Program-made: the position numbers and the translations under genes
In this document: positions 9,201-16,700 of the stretch, in pieces
How the letters are laid out: each line of letters opens with the position of its first letter
Numbering within the stretch: position 1 is the stretch's first letter
Origin: an uncultured Chitinophagales bacterium
GTDB lineage: Bacteria > Bacteroidota > Bacteroidia > Chitinophagales > JADIYW01
Assembly: GCA_964490845.1 (NCBI GenBank)
Contig: CAZBED010000002.1
Location: 214,827 to 278,826 of the forward strand
Reading direction: 5' to 3'
Length of the DNA: 64,000 nt
Notes under the pieces: model-generated
What the model was told of the DNA's origin: nothing
Databases searched by the model: none
What the model saw: the letters and a program-made list of their open reading frames with translations, nothing else

Positions 9201-9854
9201 GCGCATGCCGGCTGTGTTAGCATCAGAGCTGCCGCATATAAAGTAGCCTATCCCCGGAATCTCAACTGCTCGCAGCGCTATATCATCGCCAAAGGGAGTG
9301 CCAAAGGTTCTCATCCATTGTGGCGCACCTTGTCCGCTGAACTTCACAGCAAATACATTGTTATGGTTATTATCACCGTTGGCTTGTGTCTGGCCAACAA
9401 TCAGAAATCCGGAATCGCTGGTAGCAATGACATCATTGGCAAATTCCACCAGGCTGTCAAATCCTAAAACAATACTACCCTGATAGTTTCCGGCTGTATC
9501 TATTAAAGAGACACTGATATCACTTTTTCCGGAAGTAGAATAGCTGTTAGTTGTCCCCACCACAAATACACCATCATTAGTTCTGCTGACAGTTAATGCC
9601 CTTCCAATCTCGAGGGCTGCTCCGCCAAACTGGGCCTGCCACAACGGATTGCCTGCTGCGTCTACCTTGACAAGAAACTGATCATAGCTGCCCGCACCTG
9701 TCAGACTTGTACTGCCACATACATAGGCAGCGGCTTGCCCTTTGGCAATGTTGTTGCCATAGTCATCCCCACCCAAATCATACGATTTGAAAGATGTTTG
9801 TGCAAACAAACCGGTAACAGACAGGAATGAAAGAATGTAAAATAATTTTTTCAT
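6297..9854 (-). CDS. Giant T9SS-secreted surface protein: two ~415-aa beta-propeller-like modules, three InlB-B-repeat-like domains and a T9SS C-terminal domain
   Basis: 1185 aa from MKKLFYILSFLSVTGLFAQ (signal peptide; ATG at complement 9852-9854). Module A (SFKSYDLGGDDYGNN...HTVTVLTECS) and module B (SFKAYDLGADDYGNN...HTVTVLTQCQ) are near-identical. Their ~45-aa periodicity resembles SBBP-type propeller repeats. Three ~72-aa repeats (YTVSTSSNP.GGTTSGGGTY..G.SVTVTA.AN.G..FVNWT.NG.EVS.N.SYTF....N..LVANF) lie between them. The C-terminal LYPNPTDGKLLIRT...VAVYNMLGAEV...GMYLITFNDG...KVMLK is a typical Por secretion tail. Confidence 0.75.
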   Translation of the reverse strand: MKKLFYILSFLSVTGLFAQTSFKSYDLGGDDYGNNIAKGQAAAYVCGSTSLTGAGSYDQFLVKVDAAGNPLWQAQFGGAALEIGRALTVSRTNDGVFVVGTTNSYSTSGKSDISVSLIDTAGNYQGSIVLGFDSLVEFANDVIATSDSGFLIVGQTQANGDNNHNNVFAVKFSGQGAPQWMRTFGTPFGDDIALRAVEIPGIGYFICGSSDANTAGMRDGYFVAVAPDGVLQGQLLIGTAGDDDGRFVTFADNKLIFAGITGSTSGPNRSNIYITALNPEDLSIAWSKVYGGDSATAINGLHTDPMDGNLVVGGQSNRFGNGEQGLLFKVNPTDGSVVWAKTWGASGDQFLQGSEMLDDGTNLIAGFGSFGSSPSDFYIAHSDANGDFCNFSANTTMRASDYFPTVAGPSLVAQRDSVVEFPVQGPLEMTHSTHTVTVLTECSTSASEYTVSTSSNPIGAGTTSGGGTYSTGSSVTVTATANSGFTFVNWTDNGTEVSTNSSYTFTISSNKNLVANFIATYTVSTSSNPLAGGTTSGGGTYSNGTSVTVTATVNSDYTFVNWTENGSEVSNNTSYTFSIASDRTLVANFNAITYNINTSSNPPAGGTTSGGGTVTSGSSVTVSATANSGYSFVNWTENGSEVSTNSSYTFTAASNRSLVANFLSTSGQHLPTSFKAYDLGADDYGNNIALGDFSAYVCGSTSLTGAGSYDQFLVKVDTVGNPLWQVQFGGSALEIGRALTVSKTNDGVFVAGTTNSYSTSGKSDISVSLIDTAGTYMGSIVLGFDSLVEYANDVIATSDSGFLIVGQTQANGDNNHNNMFAVKFSGQGGPQWMKTFGTPFGNDAALRAVEIPGLGYFVCGSSDAGTAGMRDGYFVAVDPSGVVQGQLLIGSGGDDDGRFVTYTNDKLIFSGITGNTSGPNRNNIYITALNPENLSIAWSKVYGGDSTTAVNGLNVDQTDGNLVVAGQSNAFGNGEQGLLFKVNSADGSIIWAKSWGTTGSEFLQGSAILQDGSSLITGYGSFGSSPSDFFVAHSDANGDFCDFSAAVSIRVSDYNPTVAGPSLAEQRDSVVEFPVQGPLEMTHSTHTVTVLTQCQSTSIQQKDISKNIMLYPNPTDGKLLIRTDAPWMTNVKVAVYNMLGAEVKTATIAPNTKEFVLDISGNAAGMYLITFNDGNSTKAAKVMLK
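6588..7838. repeat. Intragenic direct repeat, copy B (~1.25 kb), paired with 8544-9794
   Basis: Landmarks are offset by exactly 1956 nt. ACTGTATGTGTGCTGTGTGTCATTTCCA occurs at 6592 and 8548, and TTGTACTGCCACATACATAGGCAG at 7751 and 9707. Confidence 0.85.
7869..8515. repeat. Three tandem ~216-nt coding repeats (InlB-B-repeat-like domains)
   Basis: Units run about 7869-8086, 8087-8303 and 8304-8515. All three contain a GTTTTCTGTCCAGTTCACAAAA-type core (GTTATCTGTCCAATTCACAAAAG in the third). Confidence 0.8.
8544..9794. repeat. Intragenic direct repeat, copy A (~1.25 kb), paired with 6588-7838
   Basis: Same evidence as copy B. By eye the two protein modules are roughly 85% identical. Confidence 0.85.
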
Positions 9855-9976
9855 ATAACGTTTTTTAGAGTCAACAATGCCATAAAAGTACTTAATCTTT
9901 TGAATATCACACAAATGTTGTAAAAAAAATGGTTTAATAAATTATCCATAGAAGTTTAAAATGGCTGTTGGCCCTC

Positions 9977-10001
9977 ATAAAATTGATTTAAATCATTTTA
10001 T
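9977..10001. promoter_or_regulatory. Imperfect 25-nt palindrome in the divergent control region of the T9SS cargo genes (candidate operator)
   Basis: ATAAAATTGATTTAAATCATTTTAT has a perfect 12-nt core, TGATTTAAATCA (9984-9995). Six more pairs form on each side if T9983 is bulged. Confidence 0.3.
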
Positions 10002-10071
10002 AAGTTTTGGGCTCTGTTTAATTTAATAGATGATAAGCTAAAATCATCCTAAAACTAAACATAACATCCGG

Positions 10072-10079
10072 TATCTTTG
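10072..10079 (+). promoter_or_regulatory. Bacteroidota -7-like promoter motif TATCTTTG
   Basis: Matches TAnnTTTG and lies 35 nt upstream of ATG 10114. Confidence 0.3.
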
Positions 10080-10113
10080 TTTAAATTAACCGTTCAAATT
10101 CCTTATCATTTTT

Positions 10114-13100
10114 ATGTATCGCCTAAAAAATCTCTTGCTCCAACAATTTTATTCCCTGAGGCAAATGTATTTGAATCCTGGTTATGCACGTATAGTGTTC
10201 TTTTTGCTATGTTGTTCTATTGCCTCTCAAATGGCATTTTCCCAACAATGGCATTCCACTGCTTATGTACCTCGCGGTCGGCATATTAATTCATTAAAGT
10301 TTTTAAGTCCGTATAAAATTTTATACGGTGGTGGCAATGAATTTTACGGTTCTCTTCAAGAATTATGGACATCCAACAACTTGGGATTAGAATGGGAAAT
10401 TGGAATCATCACCCCTCCCGGACAACCCTGGATAAAATCACTTGCCTTTTCAGATACATTACAGGGGTATGCTGTTGGCGACTCGGCTACTATTTTAAAG
10501 ACAGAGGATGGCGCCCACAACTGGACAGGCATCCCAAAGCCTATACAAAACAGGGAGTTTCATAAAATAATTTATGTTACACCAAAAATTATGTTTATTG
10601 TAGGAGGAAGTATTCCTTATCCGGAAATTATTATAGGAGGCGGGCATGTTGACACTTTTCAGACAATAATAAAAAGCACGGATGGGGGAAATTCCTGGTC
10701 GGTGATGCTGGACAGGAAAGGATACTGGCTGAATGGTGTTGCCTTCACGGACTCCCTGCATGGAATAGCGGTCGGCGATAACGGAAATATTCTGAGAACA
10801 ACCAACGGGGGCGATAACTGGACAACTATCAGTCCGCCAGTAGTGCGGGATTTTTATGCAGTATATTTTATCAATGCCAATATTGGTTACATTGTAGGAG
10901 GAGGGCATACGCCGGTGACAAAGCGTACAATACTGCGTACAACAAACGGCGGAAGCTCCTGGTCTGTTCTGACAGACGAGTCCGGAGGCACATTAAAGGA
11001 TATCACTTTTTCCTCTGCCACAACAGGCTATATCGTTGGTGACAGCTCTACTGTTTTAAAAACGTCTAACGCCGGGCTTAACTGGACAAAAGAAACGCTG
11101 CCCGGTGCTGGTCCAAATGAATCGTTTAATTGTGTTGAATTTAAAAACGACAACCTAGGGATGATTGGCGCAAATTTTGGCCGATTGCACATTTATACTA
11201 CTTCTGAATTGGCCACCACGTACACATTAGATGCAAATTATGTCGACTCCTTTCAGGTAAAATTTTCTGCAGGAATCAACACTCATGATGAAATTGCCAC
11301 ATACGATTTTACTTATTCAATGGATTCAACATTCAGCTCCTATTCCAATACATTTTATATTCCGGAAAATATCAGAACCAATACATTGTCTATTAAAGAA
11401 CTAACTATTACAGACAGTTTCCTGATTCCTGATACTACCTATTACTATTTTTTAAAAGTTCGCACGCTAGCAGGTATGTCGTACGGTGACACATTGACGT
11501 TCAGGACTACCAAAAGAAGATATACTTTTCAAACATTACCTGCCACGGCTATTACCTTTTCAAATGCTACCTTAAATGGCTTAACAGACAAACTTCCTAC
11601 CGCGGCAAACCTTAGCTTTGAATATGACACCAGTCTTCTCTTCAGCAACGCAATTTCCGCTGTTCCATCCATTGTAAGCGACACTTTCTCTCATCTTATA
11701 CTTGCACACCTCACGAACTTAGATTCAAATACTGTCTATTATTACCGCCTTAAAGGTGTTCAAAACAATATCACCTATTACGGCGGGGTCCAAACATTTT
11801 TTACCGGTACTGTTTTTAAAACCTTACAAACACTTCCCGCCTCAGGCATCATTGATTCCACCGTTATTTTAAATGGTATAATTGATAAATTCAGGCTGCC
11901 GGTTATCCTTAGTTTTGATTACGGCATCTCTTTATCTTTGGAAAATAACGCTCCATTTTATCCAACTTCATTCAATGATACCTTACTCCACCATTTTTCC
12001 GCTACCATCAATAATTTACCGCCGAACACACAGTATTATTTCAGGCTGAAAGCACAAACCACACTGGGTACTTTTTACGGAGATATCCTGAGTTTCAGGT
12101 CAGGGTTAAGTTATACATATTTTTATACCGCTGATGCCACACGAATTACTGCGAACTCCGTTCAGCTCAATGCCAGGGCAAAGGGGCTCTCTACCCCTGC
12201 TGCACTCAGTTTTGAGTATGGCCTTACTCCTTCAATGGGTAGTTCAGTTATAGCCAATCCATCCGGTATTACAGATACTGCCACCTATTCTATCACTGCT
12301 AACTTAACCGGATTGCAGCCTGACCGGTTTTATTTTTTCAGGTTAAAAGCGGTTAGTGGCGGCATAACTTTCTATGGTGACACCAAACAGTTTTACACCG
12401 GTTCGTCTGAAATTCCAAATTGGGATTTTCAGTTTTGGAAAACAGATACTGTCAACATACCGGCCAACTGGAATATTTACACTGATGGATTTGAGCGCAC
12501 CACGGGTAATACAGGGAATTTTGCATTAAAGTTGACAGGTACAACACTCGTAGCTAATGCTTCGATAGGAGATGGCTTTTACGGCGGGGTACCTATCAAC
12601 GTTATCCGCCCCCCCGATTCACTGGTTGCTTATATGAATTACTCAGTAGATGCCGGAGATACCGCAGGTATAATGTTGATGTTAAAGAAAAACGGACAGA
12701 TAATATCAACCTCTTATTGTTTTGTTACGGGCAACTCCGCTAACTCATTTAAAAGAATGGCCTACAAAATAAACTATGATGTGCCGGAAATACCGGATAC
12801 TGTGCTAGTTTTTTTAGTCCCGACAATATCCATCTTTGAGACAAATAGCCCAAGTAACAATTTTCTTGAAATAGATGACATCTCATTCCTCCCCGATAAC
12901 ACGACATTTCCAAACAGTAATTTTGAAGACTGGTTTGAATCGATTGTGGAGACCCCCTTATCTTGGTACACATTAAAATATATAGGACTCGACACAACCG
13001 ACCCCACCAAGAACCATATGGTATCCAAAGTGTTTTTCGAGGCGCCTGATGATTTTGCTGCAGAAATCAGTAATATTAACTGGCCGTCAATCGGGATAAT

Positions 13101-13743
13101 CAACGGAAGCCTTTCTACCAATAACGGCATTTTCACCAGCGGATTTGACGGTGGATTTCCGGTGAAAGGAAAGCATAGGACGCTAAACGGATACTATAAA
13201 TTTTTTCCGGCAAATGGCGATACCATGCAAATTGGTGTGGTCATGATGAAAGACCGACAGGATATTGGCCACGCCTTTTTCAAGGCAAGCGATACCGTTA
13301 GTGAGTTTATGCCTTTCAGCATTCCCATAGAATATTTTGACGATGCAAGTACAGTTATCCCAGATTCCGCCGTCATCGGAATTGGGAGCAGTATACTTCG
13401 TAATCCTAAAGTAGGGTCCCGGTTAATCATCGACAAATTAAGTTTTGACGGATTCGTCTTAGGAATACCAAATACCCACCCGGATTTATGGGAACTGGAT
13501 GGATTGAAGATATACCCCAATCCCGCCAGAGACATACTCATTGTTGAAACTACTTCTGCCTCATCTAAGCCTTATACCGTATCAATATATGGTATAAACG
13601 GCCAAATAGTAAAGTACGCAACAATTACCCCCGGCAACCATAACATTACTTTCAACGTAGGAGAACTGGCAAGCGGCAGTTATATTTTATCAGTATGTAG
13701 TGGGGCAAATATTGTTAGCAAGAAGATTTTTATTCAAAAATAA
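10114..13743 (+). CDS. Giant T9SS cargo protein: BNR/Asp-box (Ycf48-like) propeller, four Fn3-like units, two jelly-roll-like modules and a T9SS CTD
   Basis: Asp-box motifs TEDGAHNW, STDGGNSW, TTNGGDNW, TTNGGSSW and TSNAGLNW are present. Four ~98-aa units follow the pattern F.TLPA..I....A.LNG......LSFEYG........P..I.DT......L.PNT.YYYRLK....YG. The C-terminal part has SSEIPNWDFQFWK... and FPNSNFEDWF... modules. The tail KIYPNPARDILIVET...SIYGINGQIV...GSYILSV...KIFIQK is a T9SS CTD. The start could alternatively be the M at 10165. Confidence 0.7.
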   Translation: MYRLKNLLLQQFYSLRQMYLNPGYARIVFFLLCCSIASQMAFSQQWHSTAYVPRGRHINSLKFLSPYKILYGGGNEFYGSLQELWTSNNLGLEWEIGIITPPGQPWIKSLAFSDTLQGYAVGDSATILKTEDGAHNWTGIPKPIQNREFHKIIYVTPKIMFIVGGSIPYPEIIIGGGHVDTFQTIIKSTDGGNSWSVMLDRKGYWLNGVAFTDSLHGIAVGDNGNILRTTNGGDNWTTISPPVVRDFYAVYFINANIGYIVGGGHTPVTKRTILRTTNGGSSWSVLTDESGGTLKDITFSSATTGYIVGDSSTVLKTSNAGLNWTKETLPGAGPNESFNCVEFKNDNLGMIGANFGRLHIYTTSELATTYTLDANYVDSFQVKFSAGINTHDEIATYDFTYSMDSTFSSYSNTFYIPENIRTNTLSIKELTITDSFLIPDTTYYYFLKVRTLAGMSYGDTLTFRTTKRRYTFQTLPATAITFSNATLNGLTDKLPTAANLSFEYDTSLLFSNAISAVPSIVSDTFSHLILAHLTNLDSNTVYYYRLKGVQNNITYYGGVQTFFTGTVFKTLQTLPASGIIDSTVILNGIIDKFRLPVILSFDYGISLSLENNAPFYPTSFNDTLLHHFSATINNLPPNTQYYFRLKAQTTLGTFYGDILSFRSGLSYTYFYTADATRITANSVQLNARAKGLSTPAALSFEYGLTPSMGSSVIANPSGITDTATYSITANLTGLQPDRFYFFRLKAVSGGITFYGDTKQFYTGSSEIPNWDFQFWKTDTVNIPANWNIYTDGFERTTGNTGNFALKLTGTTLVANASIGDGFYGGVPINVIRPPDSLVAYMNYSVDAGDTAGIMLMLKKNGQIISTSYCFVTGNSANSFKRMAYKINYDVPEIPDTVLVFLVPTISIFETNSPSNNFLEIDDISFLPDNTTFPNSNFEDWFESIVETPLSWYTLKYIGLDTTDPTKNHMVSKVFFEAPDDFAAEISNINWPSIGIINGSLSTNNGIFTSGFDGGFPVKGKHRTLNGYYKFFPANGDTMQIGVVMMKDRQDIGHAFFKASDTVSEFMPFSIPIEYFDDASTVIPDSAVIGIGSSILRNPKVGSRLIIDKLSFDGFVLGIPNTHPDLWELDGLKIYPNPARDILIVETTSASSKPYTVSIYGINGQIVKYATITPGNHNITFNVGELASGSYILSVCSGANIVSKKIFIQK
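11221..12400 (+). repeat. Array of four tandem ~98-aa Fn3-like coding units
   Basis: Unit boundaries are read from the translation (TYTLDANY..TFRT; YTFQTLPATA..TFFTG; TVFKTLQTLPAS..SFRSG; LSYTYFYTADAT..QFYTG). Confidence 0.65.
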
Positions 13744-13768
13744 CCGTACTCCGTATATTATAGTTCTT

Positions 13769-16700
13769 ATGAAATCATCCACCGGCCCCAAACAGCAAAA
13801 GTTTCATCAATCCTTTCCGAGAGAGTCGACTTCATACTATCTTATTGTCTCTGTGCTATTATTTTTTTTAATCGCTACCGGGACTGCCAATGCTGAACAA
13901 TGGTATCACACACACGTACCGCGGGGAAGGGAGGTGAATGCATTAAAATTTCTCAGCAATGATAAAATACTATATGCCGGAGGCAATGAATTTAATGACT
14001 CACTTCAGGAAATCTGGGTATCACCGGACAGAGGTTTAGAATGGGAGAACGTAAACAATATATTGACACCACCCTGGTTAAAATCCATGGCATTCAAAGA
14101 TACACTTACCGGTATTGCGACAGGATATACCGGTACAATCATAAAAACGACAAATGGTGCTGCTTCATGGGTAAAAATCCCAACACCCATCAACCGGCAG
14201 TTCAATAAAGTTATTTATACAAATCCGAATACACTTTATATCGCAGGCGGAAGTGTCCCGCGTTCGGATACCTTACAAACCATTCTCAAAAGTATCGATG
14301 GCGGAAATACCTGGAGTGTTGTACTCGACAGGAACGGCTACTGGCTGCATGGTATCGCTTTTGCCGACAGCACCCATGGAACAGCCGTCGGAGAAGGCGG
14401 CACCATTCTTCGAACCACTGACGGTGGCATGCACTGGAACAGTGTAGCGTCGCCCGTTAACAGGTTCTGGAAAGCCGTAACCTTTATCAACGATACCATT
14501 GGATACTTGGTAGGCGGGCGTTCCGAATCAGGGGATTCGCTAAGTACCATATTACGCACTAACAACGGAGGCATTTCATGGTCAGTACTTCGGGATGATG
14601 CCATAGGAATTTTAAACGATATCACCTTCTCACCCAATAAAACCGGTTATATAGTTGGCGACAAATCTGTGCTGTTAAAATCAACCGACCAAGGATTAAA
14701 CTGGACGAGGGTAATGCTTCCGGATATGCAGTCATTCCAATCCTTTTACTGCGTATCCTTCAGAAATGACCAATTGGGGATGCTGGGCGGGAAATACGGC
14801 GACCTGTATGTTTATACGCAAAGTACTCCCGCAATAGTATATGCCTTAGGCGCGAGATATGCGGACTCTTCAGATTTGACACTGACGGCTGCTATACATA
14901 CTCACGGAGAGAATGCCCGTTATAATTTCATGCTTTCTCTGGACAGTACTTTCATAAACGCCGGATATTTATCTTTCTACCCGTCTATGATTAACAGCAA
15001 TAGCCTGATCATGGTTAGAGATAACTTTACAAACATCCAACTAATAAGAGACACTACCTATTATTATTGCGTGGAAGTCCATACCTTATCCGGAAAGATA
15101 TATAGCGACACGCTTTCTTTCTCCACCCGTACGCCTGAGTTTACCTTTCAGACACTACCTGCCTCCGGCATTACCACCTCTGACGCAATATTAAACGGCA
15201 AAATAGACCGTTATCCTTCTGACGCTACACTGAGCTTTGAATACGGAACCAGTCCGCAGTTAGGAAATGAAATCACAGCAAACCCTGCCAGTATTAATGA
15301 TACCTTATTACATCTTGTTTCCGGCGCTATCAATAATCTGGCGCCAAACACTCTTTACTATTACCGTTTAAAAGGAGTACATAACAACAAGCCATTTTAC
15401 GGAAATATAGAATTATTTCTGAGCGGCAACCCGCTGCGGACAGATGAAGCAACGAATATCACAGATACATCTGCCACACTGAATGGGTTCATTAATAAAT
15501 TAACAGTAAATGCCACCATTAAATTCGAATACGGAACTACGCTTGCTTTCGGAAATGAAACAAATGCCACACCGGCAATTGTTTCAGACACGCTGCCACA
15601 TATTGTCAGTGCCGCACTATCCCATTTGACAAAAGGAAAAGTATATTATTTTCGATTAAAAGCTGAGCATGGTACTGAAGTATTTTATGGTGAAACCAAA
15701 TTGTTTTTTTCGGGTATCCCGTATAAACTATTTAATACCCTGCCCGCTACCAAAATCAATGACTCCACAGACGTTCTCAATGGTATCGTTGATAAATTTT
15801 ATCAGTTGCCCGTTACGGTCAGTTTTCAATACGACACGACTCTTGCCCTCTCCAATGAATTACCGGCGGCCCCAAATTTTATAAATGATACACTCCTCCA
15901 TACGGTTTCTTCCAGCCTGCTTCAAATCTTGCCGGATAAGCGGTATTATTTCCGGCTTAAAGGCACCACTCCGGTAAGTACATATATTGGCGAAACACTC
16001 ACCTTCTACTCCGGAATTGTCCTGAAGGCCTTCAATATTCTTGATGCAACTGCCATTTCAAATAATTCCGCAGTTTTACACGGTGATATACAATTGTACT
16101 CAGGGCAGGTTTCGTTGAGTTTTGAATATGGAACTACGCCTTCCTTCGGGAATAGCGTTACTCCTGATCCATCAATAATTTCAGATACCAATTACCATTC
16201 CTTTCAGGTCTCTTTAGACGGACTTTTAACGGACCAATTGTATTATTACCGCATAAAAGCCACGACTCCTACCGGCAGTATTTATTCTGATATCAGGCAG
16301 TTTTACACCGGTTCTTCAGAAATTCCGAATTGGGATTTTCAATATTGGAAAACAGATACTGTCAATATACCTAAATACTGGAATTTTGTCGATGGGGTAT
16401 TTGAACGCGTACCCGGGCATTCCGGTAATTATGCCTTAAAAATGACCCGAAAAACATTTGTCGTGAATGCCGTTGTCGGGGATGGTTTATTCGGAGGGGC
16501 GGCTATCAACGTAACGTCCAGGCCTGATTCTGTGGTGTTTTACCTGAACTATTCTGTCAACCCAGGCGATACGGCACTCTTCCTCTTAGTTTTATTGAAA
16601 GAGGGAAGGCCGCTTACTAAGGTGACGGAACCGCTTCCGTTTACAGCCATTACCGGTAACTCAAATGGATCTTTCAATCGTATTGCCTATAAAATAGAGT

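Noticed and set aside
6331-9483. Several 60-90-aa plus-strand ORFs inside 6297-9854 (for example 6709-6987 and 7145-7384)
   Set aside because: They are antisense to a gene with a clear signal peptide, repeats and T9SS tail. Their composition is typical of reverse-frame artefacts.
9855-10113. Invertible promoter (inverton) controlling the cargo island
   Set aside because: No pair of longer inverted repeats brackets the promoter region, and no site-specific recombinase gene is nearby. Only a short central palindrome is present.
13700-13768. Start of the second paralogue at 13700, overlapping the first by 44 nt
   Set aside because: ATG 13769 gives a sensible N-terminus with a hydrophobic signal region and lies 25 nt after the upstream stop. 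The extension has no homology to the paralogue's N-terminus.
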